Source: a virus (taxonomy: Duplodnaviria > Caudoviricetes). Taken from it: a stretch of 53,369 bases of DNA. Below are positions 8,801 through 18,813 of the stretch, piece by piece (within the stretch, counting starts at the first letter, position 1; the number at the start of each line of letters is the position of its first letter). The translations under genes and the position numbers were made by a program. Where the stretch lies: IMG/VR virus record IMGVR_UViG_3300037706_000057, positions 1 through 53,369 of that record; one strand, 5' to 3'. Under the pieces are notes generated by a model. It was not told where the DNA came from, ran no database searches, and saw nothing but the letters and a program-made list of their open reading frames with translations.

Positions 8801-9291
8801 CACGCCACCGCCGGAACGGGACGCCCGAGCGCGGGCGTGCCCCGCACGGTGAACTGCATGTCGATCCGCGCCGGGTCGTCGCCCAGCTCGATCCCCCGGC
8901 CCAGTGCGGCCACCCGGACGGGCCACACGTCCATCGGGTTGTCCGCCACGTCCCCGCCGTACAGGTGCAGCACGTGACCTTTCGTACCCTCGGGCAGGGT
9001 CGCGGAGACGTCCCCACCGGTCCGGTCGCCGTAGAACACCAGCCGCGAATCGTCCACGAACAGCGACCCGTGCAGTTGCACTTCGAAGTCGTCGCGGTAC
9101 GCCTGGCCGGAGCGGACGCGGCGGCGCACGTGCCAGCCGACCACCGTGGCGACCTGGCCGGTCAGGTCGAGACCGGCGTCGATCTCGGCGCGGGTCGGCC
9201 ACGCCAGTACGGCGATCGACTCCACCCAGTAGATCCGGGTTTGCCCGGCGGCGATGTAGCGGGTGGTGGCCGCGAGCGGTGTCGGACTCAC
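8800..9291 (-). CDS. Major-tail-protein paralog
   Basis: AGGAGG SD + GTG. Colinear similarity to 13255-13758 (RYI, TR.E.DAG.DL, LP.GT.G, GGDV, DPA, TPA). Confidence 0.85.
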   Translation of the reverse strand: MSPTPLAATTRYIAAGQTRIYWVESIAVLAWPTRAEIDAGLDLTGQVATVVGWHVRRRVRSGQAYRDDFEVQLHGSLFVDDSRLVFYGDRTGGDVSATLPEGTKGHVLHLYGGDVADNPMDVWPVRVAALGRGIELGDDPARIDMQFTVRGTPALGRPVPAVA

Positions 9292-9347
9292 GCCACACCT
9301 CCTAGATCGATTCGCCGGGTTGGACCGGTGGCCGTACCATCCGGGGC

Positions 9348-9596
9348 ATGACCACCACCACGCACAGTCCCGCCACCGCCACCGCCAACCCGTGGATGAC
9401 CATGGGCTGGTTCCTCGCCGTCGCCGCCCTGCTCGGTGGGGTGATCGCCGTGGCCACTGCCGCGGACCCCGACTCCACCGGCTACAGCCCGGTGTGGGCA
9501 AACCTCGGGATGGCGTTCGTGATCGTCGGCGGGTCGCTGGCGGCCGGGCTGCTCGCCGCGGGCGCGGTCAACTGGCAGCTTCGCCAGCAGGACTAA
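9348..9596 (+). CDS. Counter-oriented 2-TM membrane protein (moron-like)
   Basis: Fills the gap between tape measure and tail genes. TACCAT lies 7 nt before the ATG, suggesting a leaderless transcript. Confidence 0.75.
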   Translation: MTTTTHSPATATANPWMTMGWFLAVAALLGGVIAVATAADPDSTGYSPVWANLGMAFVIVGGSLAAGLLAAGAVNWQLRQQD

Positions 9597-12397
9597 CGCC
9601 CGCGGACGTCGCTGCGGAATGAGTCGCTGACCAGCATCTTGTGCCGGACTGCCCAGGTCACCAGGTCCGCCAGCCGGGAGTCGGCGTGGGGTCCACCGTC
9701 GAAACGGATGGTGATCTCCCGCTCTCCACCCGCGCCGCCGACCGGCCAGCGGCCGGTCGCGTTGAACGCCGTCAGCGCTGCCCGGTTCGCCTGGGCAACC
9801 GGCTGCCGGACCACAAACTCGCGGTTGGTCAACATCGCCGGCACCCGGTCGACGCCCTCCGGACCGTTTACCTCGCCGCCGTGTTGGAAACCGACCCGCT
9901 GGGAGCCGACCGGCGCTGTTATCGACTGGTGTATGTCGATGTCGACCCGGCGGGGAATCCGGTCCAGCGCAAACTTCAGGTTACGGGCGTTGCGTTCGGC
10001 CGCGGTCAGCCCCGGCGTACGGATCGACGTCGACACCGCCGACGGGATCTGGTCGTACGCCTCGGCGTAGCGCTCGATCGCCTCCTCGCTGAACCCGGCC
10101 TGGCGCATCTGCTCGACGAACTTGCGGCGCAACTTCTCCGTCTCCGTGGTCAGATCCTCGGCGCCGGCGCCAGCCTCAGCCATCGTGGAGATGACATCCA
10201 GGTGTGAGCGGATCAACGCCCGCACGTTGTCCCGGTTGGACAGCGCGGCCTCGCCGTTGCCGTCCAGCTTCGCCCCGTTTTCGGCAGCCTCCTCGGTCAG
10301 CCGCCGCATCGCGTTGGCCGCGGCGTCCTGAGCCTCCTCGACGTCGAACAGGCCGACGAACAGGGCGTCGAGCGCCTCGTCCAGCTCCTTGATGCCCTCC
10401 GCCAGATCCCCGGCGGTGTCAGCGGTCACCTCAAACGCGCCCACCAGCCGCTGCTCCTGCTCGGTCAGCTCCCGGGCGCTGTCGGCGCCCTCGCCCCGGG
10501 CCTGGTTCAGCAGCTCGTGCAGCTTCTGTGCGTCGCCGACCCGGGCGCCCTCATCCTGGACGACCTCGATGATCTCCTCGATGGCGCGCCGCTGGGAGTC
10601 AGCCGCAGCCCGGGCCTTACCCCGCTCAGAGCTGGCCAGCCCGATCCCCTCGCCCAGCTCCTCCTCGTGACGCTTGGCAGCCTCAAGCCGCTGGTTCAGG
10701 AAGTCGAGAGCGGCCGCCTCGCCGAGTGCCGCATCGACGGCCACGTCCATCCCGACGTTCGCCCGCTCCAGGTTCTGAGTGAAGTCGTTCAGCTCACGGC
10801 CCGACACGCTGAACACGCCGGTCGCCTTACGGTTCGCGAGCTCGTTGGCAAGCCAGACCCGGGTGTTGTCGGTGACCGCCCCGGTCTGGTCGTCCAGCGT
10901 GGTCGACAGATCCTTGACTTTCGCCCGGGCGTTGGCCTGGCTCACCGCGTAGGCGCTCAACGCGGTGACCGCCACCCCCAGCGCGATACCCCACGGCCCG
11001 GCCAGGAACGACGTCACCCCACCGGACACGGACCGGAAGGCACCGACCGCGACCGCGGCCCGGCCGCCGCTGGCGGCGATCTGGTCCATGGCCTGACGGA
11101 ACTGGTGGATCTTCGGCACGGCTATCAACGCCGTGCCGCCTGCCAGCAGCAACCCGGCGGTCAGCAGCGCGAGCACCGCCAGCATGGTCCGCAGTGGCCC
11201 CGGCAGGCCGCCGATGACCCCAGCCAGCGCAGCGGTTTTGTCCGCCGCCGCTCCGACCGCCGGTAGGAACGTCTGACCCATGCTGATCGCGAAGTCTTGG
11301 ACCTGGTTGCGTGCGATGGCCAGCCGAGCCTCAACGGTGCCGTACCGGCGCTCGGCCTCCTCGGTCAGCGCCGTGTTCTCCTGCCACGCCTGGGATCCGG
11401 TCTTAAGCGAGCGGGTGAGCAGGTCACCCGAGCCGGACAGCCGGCGCAGCGCGTCCGAGACCCGGATCTCCGTGAGCCCCAGCTGACCCAGCACCGCGTT
11501 GACGTCACCGCCTTCGGCCTGGATCCGGCCGAGCCCGGTCACGAACGCGGCGATCGCGCCGGCCGCGTCCTGCTGGTAGGCCCGGACAAACTGCTCCGCG
11601 GTCATCCCAGCCGTACGGGCGAACACATCCAGGGCGTCACCACCGGCCCGCACCGCGGAGTCGATCTCCAGGAACACGCGGCTGACCGCCGTACCGCCGG
11701 CTTGGGCCGGAATACCCACACTGGACAGCGCCGCCGCGAAGCTGAGGACGTCGGCCTCAGTCAGGCCGATCTGGTTACCGGCACCGGCCAGCCGCAGCGC
11801 CATGCTCACGATCTCAGCCTCGGTGGTCGCCGACTTGTTACCCAGGTCCACGATCGTGGAGCCGAGCCGGTCGACATCCTCCGGCGCGGTCGCCATGATG
11901 TTCATCATTCGCGCCAGCGCGGTCGCCGCGTCGGTCGCGGCGAGGTTGGTCGACTCCCCCATGTCGATCATGACGCGGGTGAAGCCGGCCACGTTCTCAC
12001 GCTGGATACCCAACTGGCCGGCCGCCTCAGCCACCGCCGCGATCTCCGCGTGGGTCGCCGGCAACACGGCGGTCAGGCCACGGATCTCCTTCTCCAGCGC
12101 AGCCATCTGCTCATCGGTGCCATCCACCGTCTTCAGCACCCCGGCCCAGGAGGATTCCCAGTCGATGGCGGCCTTCACCGCCAGTCCGAGCCCGGCCGCG
12201 ATGGCCGCACCGGCGACCAGCATCCCCCGGCCGACCTTGGTCATCGCCGCGTCGACCTTGGCCTGCTGCCGCTCCAGCTTCCGCAGCTCCCGCTCGTACG
12301 CGTTCGCTGCCCGCTTGGCCTTCTCTAGCTCCTGGGCGGTCTTACCGGTGTCGGCCTCAACGTTGATGACAAGGTCACGCCGCATCGTTCCCGGCAC
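9593..12397 (-). CDS. Tape measure protein (TP901-like)
   Basis: 934 aa, Ala-rich and helical. AAIDWESSWAGVLKTV...AEAAGQLGI core. Follows the chaperones, GAGGAGG SD. Confidence 0.95.
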   Translation of the reverse strand: MPGTMRRDLVINVEADTGKTAQELEKAKRAANAYERELRKLERQQAKVDAAMTKVGRGMLVAGAAIAAGLGLAVKAAIDWESSWAGVLKTVDGTDEQMAALEKEIRGLTAVLPATHAEIAAVAEAAGQLGIQRENVAGFTRVMIDMGESTNLAATDAATALARMMNIMATAPEDVDRLGSTIVDLGNKSATTEAEIVSMALRLAGAGNQIGLTEADVLSFAAALSSVGIPAQAGGTAVSRVFLEIDSAVRAGGDALDVFARTAGMTAEQFVRAYQQDAAGAIAAFVTGLGRIQAEGGDVNAVLGQLGLTEIRVSDALRRLSGSGDLLTRSLKTGSQAWQENTALTEEAERRYGTVEARLAIARNQVQDFAISMGQTFLPAVGAAADKTAALAGVIGGLPGPLRTMLAVLALLTAGLLLAGGTALIAVPKIHQFRQAMDQIAASGGRAAVAVGAFRSVSGGVTSFLAGPWGIALGVAVTALSAYAVSQANARAKVKDLSTTLDDQTGAVTDNTRVWLANELANRKATGVFSVSGRELNDFTQNLERANVGMDVAVDAALGEAAALDFLNQRLEAAKRHEEELGEGIGLASSERGKARAAADSQRRAIEEIIEVVQDEGARVGDAQKLHELLNQARGEGADSARELTEQEQRLVGAFEVTADTAGDLAEGIKELDEALDALFVGLFDVEEAQDAAANAMRRLTEEAAENGAKLDGNGEAALSNRDNVRALIRSHLDVISTMAEAGAGAEDLTTETEKLRRKFVEQMRQAGFSEEAIERYAEAYDQIPSAVSTSIRTPGLTAAERNARNLKFALDRIPRRVDIDIHQSITAPVGSQRVGFQHGGEVNGPEGVDRVPAMLTNREFVVRQPVAQANRAALTAFNATGRWPVGGAGGEREITIRFDGGPHADSRLADLVTWAVRHKMLVSDSFRSDVRGR

Positions 12398-12734
12398 GGC
12401 GCACCTCCTCGTTGCGGACCAGCCTCACGTGCACCCCACGCACCTCGGCCGGGTCACGGTGCGCCAACGACGCGCGCATGTTCTCCAGCTGCTCGCAGCC
12501 GTGGCACAGCTCCAACTTCGGCAGATGCGCCGCCGGGTGCCCACCCAGCTCCGGGCGCCACTCCGCCGCCCGGGTGCCGCAGCCCGGGCAGGTTTCCGCC
12601 GAGCGGACGAACTCCCAGATCGCCTTAGCCCGGTCGTCGGCCGACCAGGACAGAAACGCCGAGTGGGGGATCTGGTAGGCCCGGCAGACCCTCAGCTCAA
12701 GGGCCAGCTGGGCATCCCGGTCAAGCCTTTTGGG
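12375..12734 (-). CDS. Tail assembly chaperone, -1 frameshift extension (G-T)
   Basis: Open -1 frame after the slippery site: RLDRDAQLALELRVCRAYQIPHSAFLSW...CPGCG...CHGCE...AGNDAA*. Confidence 0.85.
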   Translation of the reverse strand, partial: PKRLDRDAQLALELRVCRAYQIPHSAFLSWSADDRAKAIWEFVRSAETCPGCGTRAAEWRPELGGHPAAHLPKLELCHGCEQLENMRASLAHRDPAEVRGVHVRLVRNEEVRRAGNDAA

Positions 12735-13255
12735 AGCACCACCGAATCCACGAACCGGGCCCGCTCATTCAGGCCGAGCACCAGCACCCGCAGCTCCTGA
12801 CGCTCCCCGTCCGAGCAGTGCTCAGCCAGGAACGCGGCCCAGTCCTCGGCCGACATCCCCGCGTCGGTTCCCGCCGCCAACACCGCAGGCACGAACGTGT
12901 CGACCTCCACGTCCGCCGGGTCGCCATCCCCTTCAGGCCCCGACTTCGGCGGGTGCTCCGCCTTCAGCGCCTCGTAGGCGGCCGGGTGAAGCGCGGTGAT
13001 CGTCACCGTCGCGTAGCAGGCGTCAACGACCGCCTCAGCCTCGACCACCCGCTCCTGGGCGGCCCGGTACTCCGGCGAATCCTTGTCGTGACGTAGCAGC
13101 GCCTGCCGCGCGTGCTGCTGCACCTCCGCCAACCGCTGCCGCGCCTCGGTCGGGTCGGTGACGCGGATCGGGTACGGCAGCGACGGCCGGGGCCGGGCCA
13201 GCAGCCGGTCCCGCTGGCTGCGGCCAGCCCCGGCCGACTTCTTACGCTGGGCCAT
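12692..13255 (-). CDS. Tail assembly chaperone (G)
   Basis: Between major tail and tape measure, carries the slippery site. Confidence 0.88.
   Translation of the reverse strand: MAQRKKSAGAGRSQRDRLLARPRPSLPYPIRVTDPTEARQRLAEVQQHARQALLRHDKDSPEYRAAQERVVEAEAVVDACYATVTITALHPAAYEALKAEHPPKSGPEGDGDPADVEVDTFVPAVLAAGTDAGMSAEDWAAFLAEHCSDGERQELRVLVLGLNERARFVDSVVLPKGLTGMPSWPLS
12728..12734 (-). other. Programmed -1 ribosomal frameshift site C CCA AAA
   Basis: X XXY YYZ heptamer in the correct frame near the end of the chaperone gene. Confidence 0.85.
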
Positions 13256-13758
13256 CAGACCAGCGCCGGCAGCGCCCAGTCGATGGCCGGCGTCCGCGTG
13301 ATCGCGAAGGACACCACCACGTTGGCCGGGTCCTCCCCGGCCAGGTCCACCGACTTGGCCGCGCTGGCGACGGTCACCGGGAACGTGTCGGCCAGGTTGT
13401 TCTGGACGTCACCGCCCCAGCAGAAGACCACGAACCCGGTCGTACCCCGGGGAAGCAGGGCACGCAGCGCGTCCGCGCCGGTCTTCGTCATGTAGAACGT
13501 GGCGGTCGAGTTCTCGGCCGTAGTCCGACCGATCACCTTGCTGGTGAACTCAGAGCCGGCGTCCGGCGCATCGACGATGTTGCTCGACACGTTCCACCCG
13601 GAGCTGGCCCGCAGCTCCGGAGACAGGTCGGTACCGGCGTCCAGCTCGACCCGGGTCGCCTGCAGGGTGGTCGCCGCCGCGATAGCGGTCAGGAAATACA
13701 TCTTGGACACGCCGGGGTGAATGTACCGGACCGCCGCGGTGATCGGTGTGGCTGGCAT
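13255..13758 (-). CDS. Major tail (tube) protein
   Basis: Position before the chaperones, actinophage tube-like sequence. Confidence 0.85.
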   Translation of the reverse strand: MPATPITAAVRYIHPGVSKMYFLTAIAAATTLQATRVELDAGTDLSPELRASSGWNVSSNIVDAPDAGSEFTSKVIGRTTAENSTATFYMTKTGADALRALLPRGTTGFVVFCWGGDVQNNLADTFPVTVASAAKSVDLAGEDPANVVVSFAITRTPAIDWALPALV

Positions 13759-13760
13759 TG

Positions 13761-13958
13761 CTACTCCTCAGTGGTCGATGCCGGTCCGGCCGGCTGGCTC
13801 TTGCTACGTCGCCGCGGCGCGGCGGCCGTCTGCTCGGGTGGCGTCGGCGGTGCCGGCGGGTCGGCCTCCTGCCAGCCGGCGGCGGCCCACACCATCACCG
13901 CGGAGTCAGGCACCTCCACCAGCCGCCCGTCGAGCTGAGGGTGGGTGATCCAGGCCAT
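13761..13958 (-). CDS. Small hypothetical protein
   Basis: TGATG coupling within the tail operon. Confidence 0.65.
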   Translation of the reverse strand: MAWITHPQLDGRLVEVPDSAVMVWAAAGWQEADPPAPPTPPEQTAAAPRRRSKSQPAGPASTTEE

Positions 13959-14278
13959 CAGGAAATCACCTCGAACGTGACCGAGCTGGTCGCAGACCAG
14001 GTCAGCGTCACCAGCCCATCGGCCGGGTTCCGGTAGGTGGCGGTCGCCCGGATGTACCGGGCCTCGCCGGCCGGCACCGCCACCGTCCGGTCAGCCACCG
14101 CCAGGTCGCCGTCCACAGTCTGGGGCGTGACCATGGTCAGGGTCACCGAACTGACCGAGGCGTTGATGACCCGGATGATGCTGTCGGGCCGCACCTTGTC
14201 GCCGGCGCCACCGGTGGCCGCGTTCGCGGTCGCCTCAAGGCCAGTCGTCGGGACCGGCTCCGTGCTCACAGTCGCCAT
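13958..14278 (-). CDS. Putative virion accessory protein (beta-sandwich)
   Basis: AGGAGGAG SD, Thr/Val-rich, in the neck/tail module. Confidence 0.7.
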   Translation of the reverse strand: MATVSTEPVPTTGLEATANAATGGAGDKVRPDSIIRVINASVSSVTLTMVTPQTVDGDLAVADRTVAVPAGEARYIRATATYRNPADGLVTLTWSATSSVTFEVIS

Positions 14279-14291
14279 GCTCTCCTCCTGA

Positions 14292-14708
14292 TCATCGCCA
14301 GCCCCGTCTACGCGCCGCCGTTACCACCGCCCGGTCAGCCGCCCGGACAAACCCGCCCCGGCCCGCCCGGATCGCCGGCAACAGGAACGGCCGGGCGTCC
14401 TGGGTCACCCACCGGTCCCGGTGCCCGTGCACCGGATGGCGGAACGGGCCGAACTCGTACAGCCGCGCATGCTCGGCCAGAGCAGCCGACACCACGAACT
14501 GCACACCCGGCCGCTTCCGCGACCGCGACGCCCGCACCCGCAACGCCCCGGGAATCCGCGTCGACCAGTCGGCCCGGCCCCGCGCGTCGGCCAGGATCGG
14601 CTGCGCGGCGCGCACAAACTCGGGCGCCAACTCCCGGCGAATGTCGGCCGGCAACGCACCCAGGTCCACGATCAGCCGCCGCAGCTCACTAACCCCGGTG
14701 ACCGGCAC
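14292..14708 (-). CDS. HK97 gp10-like tail completion protein
   Basis: Basic protein with ARLYEFG...RPFLLPA motif. Confidence 0.75.
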   Translation of the reverse strand: MPVTGVSELRRLIVDLGALPADIRRELAPEFVRAAQPILADARGRADWSTRIPGALRVRASRSRKRPGVQFVVSAALAEHARLYEFGPFRHPVHGHRDRWVTQDARPFLLPAIRAGRGGFVRAADRAVVTAARRRGWR

Positions 14709-14710
14709 GC

Positions 14711-15169
14711 TCAGCCCCCGTCGAAGGCGTCGACCAGGACCACCCAGGAGATCGTCGCCGACGCACCACCGGCCGACACGTCATCACCTGAGGTCTGAAC
14801 CTGATCGAACGCGGCCACGAACGGCCGCGCCCGCATCACACCCGCCACGCCCAGGGTCGGATCCCGGCGCAGCTCGGCCGCCAGCAGGTCCCACAGCTCG
14901 AAAGCCCGGTCCCGGACCGGCTTGGTGGTCGTGTCGCCGGTGACCACGGAGATCAGCCCGGCCACGTCGTAGATCTCCCGGTCGACCATGCCGCCGGCGT
15001 CCTGCCGGTGCCAGTCCACCGACACGGCCGCCCGCTCCATCTGCCAGCCGACCACCACCACCTCATCGGCCAGGTCCTCCGCCGGCTGCCCGTCGCACAC
15101 CTGCACGTCCGGCATCACCGCCCGCACCGCAGCCACCAACGCGTCCAACACCGCCGGGATGGTGCTCAT
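14711..15169 (-). CDS. Tail terminator
   Basis: Position, and RDRAFELWD...LRRDPTLG motif. Confidence 0.7.
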   Translation of the reverse strand: MSTIPAVLDALVAAVRAVMPDVQVCDGQPAEDLADEVVVVGWQMERAAVSVDWHRQDAGGMVDREIYDVAGLISVVTGDTTTKPVRDRAFELWDLLAAELRRDPTLGVAGVMRARPFVAAFDQVQTSGDDVSAGGASATISWVVLVDAFDGG

Positions 15170-16014
15170 CAGGCGAATCCGCCGGCCTGCGCGTCGGCGC
15201 CGAGAAGCTCCACCGCCCGGCGTGGCACCGAGAACGTCATCCCGCCGCCACGCACCTCAGTCATGTCCGACGCGAGCGCCGCCGGCGGCCGGCGGATGTC
15301 ACGGGACCGCTGGGTCGACCAGATGTGCTGAAGGATGATCCGCCCGGCGTGGCTGATGTTCGCGGGCACCTGCCGCCGCCCGGCCAGGTAGGTGACATCC
15401 CACGGCCCGCCGGTGAACCACAGGCCGCGTGAGGCCTTGCGGATCACGATGCCGGCGTCCTGGTCGATGTCGAGGTCGGCCGGGTCGTAGTCGGTGCCGC
15501 CGTCCAACACCGCAACCACCGAGACCAGCGACAGCACCGGCCGGTGCCGCAGCAGCAGCGCCCGGGTGTCACACGGGTGGATCCGGTCGACGTAGGTCCG
15601 CGCCACCACCGGGCCGACACCCCACTCCGGATCCCGTTCGACCACCTCGGTCACGGCCTCGACGAACAGGCGCAGCTCCTCGTCGTCGGTGGTCCGGTCG
15701 GGTGGGATGTTCAGGTGCTTCTTCGCGTCCGCCAGGCTGAACAGCAACGCTGGAGCGGCGTCGCGGACGTCGAACATGTCGCTGTGCGCGGTCACCGGGC
15801 CGGTGGTGGTCAGCCGCCACCGGTGAGGCCCAGCCTGAACGGTCTGGTAGTCGACCCGCAGGATGCCGGTCTCGGTCGGTGCCGGCACCGACGGGGTGAC
15901 GGGGGTTCCGTCCGGCAGGGTGATCGTCAGCGTGGCGGTGGCCGGGTTGGTCAGCGCACCGGCCGAGTCGCGGATCGCGACCGCAACCTGATAAGGGTCG
16001 CCGAGATCGATCAC
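15169..16014 (-). CDS. Head-to-tail adaptor with N-terminal Ig-like domain
   Basis: SLADAKKHLNI...DDEELRLF...VTYLAG...P motifs, preceded by an ~85-aa beta domain. Confidence 0.8.
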   Translation of the reverse strand: MIDLGDPYQVAVAIRDSAGALTNPATATLTITLPDGTPVTPSVPAPTETGILRVDYQTVQAGPHRWRLTTTGPVTAHSDMFDVRDAAPALLFSLADAKKHLNIPPDRTTDDEELRLFVEAVTEVVERDPEWGVGPVVARTYVDRIHPCDTRALLLRHRPVLSLVSVVAVLDGGTDYDPADLDIDQDAGIVIRKASRGLWFTGGPWDVTYLAGRRQVPANISHAGRIILQHIWSTQRSRDIRRPPAALASDMTEVRGGGMTFSVPRRAVELLGADAQAGGFA

Positions 16015-18803
16015 GTGACACCTCCTGAGGTCGGCACCCGCTGGGCGATGACGGTGACGCTGGCGGTACGGACCGCCACGGCCGTGGCGGTCCCGGGTCG
16101 GGTCGGGTCGAACGCGGCCACCGTCGCAGCCAGCGCCAGGCCGAGCGGCACGTCGGCGACCACCGCATGGTCGGCGCCACCGACCGCGCCAACCGCCACA
16201 GACAGCGGCACCGCAGCCGTGGCCAGGTAGCCGGTCGTCGTGGTGGCAACCAGGGACAGGGCGAGCGGGATCGTCGCACCGACCTGCCCGGGAAGCACCA
16301 CCTCGGGCGCCTCGACCACCGGCGCGACCGCCAGCGCCAGCGGAATCCCGGCGGCCGCCTGGTAGGTGGTTGCTGTGGTGGCGACCACGGCCAGGCTCAG
16401 CGGCACAGCCGCGGTGACCTGGCTGGGCGCGCCGACCACCGGCGCGACGACGACCGCGTCCACGCCCAGCTGGAGCGGAACCGCGGCGGTGACCTGATGC
16501 ACGGCGGTGGCGGTGGCAGCGGTGGCGACCGCCAGTGGGACGTCGGCGGTCACCTGGTGGACGGCCTGGGCTGTGCCGGCGACGGCCACCGACAGGCCGA
16601 TACCCGCGGTCGCCTCACTGGCGCCAGCCGGTGCGTCGACCGTTGCCGCAACCGCCAGGCTGAGCGGCACAGCCGCGGTAACGGCATGGTCCGCCTCGAC
16701 GACACCGGCGACCGTGACCGCCAGACCAACGTCGGCGCTCGCCTGGTGGACGGCCTCAGCAGCCGCGCCGACCGCCAGCGACAGCGGGATAGCAGCGGTC
16801 ACCTGAGGCGTGGCGGTCACGCCGGTGGACCACACCACCAGCGCCACGCTGATCTGTTTGGCCGCGTCACCACCGGGCAGGGTGAGCGTGTCCGCGCGGA
16901 CCCCGGCGCCCTGCCCGTCCAGGATCAGGTACCCGGCCACGCCGCCGTTGCCGCCGGCGCCCTTGCCCGCGTAGCCGTCCAGCAACAGACTGCCGCCGCC
17001 GACCAGCCCCGGGTTGATGTCCACGTTGGCCCAGGTGGTGCCGGTCGCACCACCGTCGCGGATCACCGCGGCGGCGACCAGCAGCAGGTCCCCGGCCGGG
17101 ATGCTCGCCGTGTTTCCGGTGGCCAGGCTGGTCACAAAGCTGGTGTCGGAGTCGGCCACCGCAGCGGCGGCGAACCCGAAGCTGCCGCCCTCCTGGACCC
17201 GCAGCCAGATCGCATCCGTGGCATCGCCCGACCAGGCCGCCGTGAACACCCCGGCGACCACCTCGGACGCGGGCACCAGCTCGGCCACGCCCACCGACCG
17301 GCGGGCCAAGTCGTTCGTCGGCAGTGTCGCCTCGACCACCCGGTTGGTCCAGCTGGACCCGCCAGCGTTGGGCGTCACCCCGAAGCTGGTGCCACCACCG
17401 CGGGACCAGGCGATACAGACCAGCCGCTCACCCACGGCGCAGCTCAGCGTCGCGGGGTTGATGGACACCTCACCGGAGACCAGCCCGGTGGCGCTCGGCG
17501 CCGCGACGGTCGGGGCGACCGCCACAGCCACCGGGATGTCGGCGGTGACTGCGTGGTCGGCGGCCACAGCCGGCGCCACCGCGACGGCCAGCGGGATCGA
17601 GGCGGTGACGGTGGCGGGAGGTATGACCGCCACCTCGAACTCGGCCCACGAGTCGGGGTCGTTGACCGCGATGGTGATGTTCCGGCTGCCGCCGCCGCTG
17701 GCCTTGCGCAGCCACAGCGAGTACCCCAGCCGGTCACCAGCCGACCAAGTCGTGCCCAGGGTCAGCGTCGCAACCTTGATCCCGACGGTGTTGTGCTCGC
17801 CGGAGAAGTCGGAGTCAGCCTGAAGCACCCCGGCCGAGTTGTAACGGTGGACCTGCCACTTGTAGGCCAGGGTGGCCGCGGACACGGCGGTGACCTGAAG
17901 CTGGGTGGCGATCGTGGCCGAGCCGACCGCGGTCCCCACCGTCCGCACCCATTCGAGCATCTTCGTGTAGCCGCCGGATGACGTGCTACCCGATCCGAGC
18001 GTGGTAGCGGTGCCCGGGTCCTCCGACAGGTCAAAGACCGTGCCGCCAGCGCCCGGCTCGTCCTGGGTGTTGCGCAGGAAGTTACGCGAGACGATGGTGA
18101 GGCCGGTGTCCTCATACTGGAAATCCAGGTCGGTCGCGTCCACCGCGGCGCCGACAGCAACCGAAATCTCGTCGGCCCGGTCGAGAGTCCAGTCCTCGAT
18201 GTTGACGTTGACGTCGGGCTGGAAGAACGCCCACCCTGCCGTCGGGGCCGCGTCCCGCCAGTTGTTGAGGTGGTCTTCCAGCCCGGCCGCCTCGATCTCG
18301 GCGTCACCGAACGGGTCAGCCGCCCACGGCAGCACGTTGGCCCAGACCGCCACCGCGGCGTAGTCGCTGCCCGGACCCCAGCCAAACGTGATGTCGGACG
18401 TGCTCCAGGTCCCACCGGTCGGCGCTGTCCAGTCGGCGAACGTACCCGCGGTGTCGACGTGGGTCCAACCGCTGGCAACGTTCAGGAGGCTGAACCGGAC
18501 TTGCGCCGTTCCGGTGACCTTGCGGACTATCAGCGCGTGCCAGTCACCGGCGGTGACGGTCGGACCGTTGCCGCCCGAACCGCCGGTGAACCACTGAACC
18601 TTGTTAGCCGAGCTGAGACCGATCTTCCCAACCTGGGCGCCAGTCGAATCGTAGGCCGCCAGCAGCGTCCGGTTGGTCGAGTCGTAGGCGGCCAGCGGCC
18701 GGAACAAGAACGCGAGCGCGCCGAAGGCGAAGCTGTCGACGCCGCCTAGCCCGGCGGCAAAGACGACAGCGTCGTCGGCGTCCAGCCGCCGGACGGTCGG
18801 CAC
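16011..18803 (-). CDS. Large head-region virion accessory/fibre protein, 930 aa, with ~20-aa repeats
   Basis: Lectin-like N-terminal part and many VTAAVPLSLAVAATV-type repeats. Confidence 0.7.
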   Translation of the reverse strand: MPTVRRLDADDAVVFAAGLGGVDSFAFGALAFLFRPLAAYDSTNRTLLAAYDSTGAQVGKIGLSSANKVQWFTGGSGGNGPTVTAGDWHALIVRKVTGTAQVRFSLLNVASGWTHVDTAGTFADWTAPTGGTWSTSDITFGWGPGSDYAAVAVWANVLPWAADPFGDAEIEAAGLEDHLNNWRDAAPTAGWAFFQPDVNVNIEDWTLDRADEISVAVGAAVDATDLDFQYEDTGLTIVSRNFLRNTQDEPGAGGTVFDLSEDPGTATTLGSGSTSSGGYTKMLEWVRTVGTAVGSATIATQLQVTAVSAATLAYKWQVHRYNSAGVLQADSDFSGEHNTVGIKVATLTLGTTWSAGDRLGYSLWLRKASGGGSRNITIAVNDPDSWAEFEVAVIPPATVTASIPLAVAVAPAVAADHAVTADIPVAVAVAPTVAAPSATGLVSGEVSINPATLSCAVGERLVCIAWSRGGGTSFGVTPNAGGSSWTNRVVEATLPTNDLARRSVGVAELVPASEVVAGVFTAAWSGDATDAIWLRVQEGGSFGFAAAAVADSDTSFVTSLATGNTASIPAGDLLLVAAAVIRDGGATGTTWANVDINPGLVGGGSLLLDGYAGKGAGGNGGVAGYLILDGQGAGVRADTLTLPGGDAAKQISVALVVWSTGVTATPQVTAAIPLSLAVGAAAEAVHQASADVGLAVTVAGVVEADHAVTAAVPLSLAVAATVDAPAGASEATAGIGLSVAVAGTAQAVHQVTADVPLAVATAATATAVHQVTAAVPLQLGVDAVVVAPVVGAPSQVTAAVPLSLAVVATTATTYQAAAGIPLALAVAPVVEAPEVVLPGQVGATIPLALSLVATTTTGYLATAAVPLSVAVGAVGGADHAVVADVPLGLALAATVAAFDPTRPGTATAVAVRTASVTVIAQRVPTSGGVT

Positions 18804-18813
18804 CGGTCAGGCC

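Noticed and set aside
8795-8812. 18-nt match GGCCATCACGCCACCGCC with 51845-51862
   Set aside because: A GC-rich SD-like plus TGATG junction 43 kb apart between unrelated genes; probably convergent.
8801-9298. N-terminal extension of the 1121-aa ORF
   Set aside because: Overlaps the tail-tube paralog in another frame; the TGATG-coupled start at 8800 is more plausible.
16167-17981. 604-aa plus-strand ORF and other long antisense ORFs (21465-22910, 23059-24708, 25906-27231)
   Set aside because: Shadow frames of real minus-strand genes in high-GC DNA, Arg/Gly/His-rich with no motifs.
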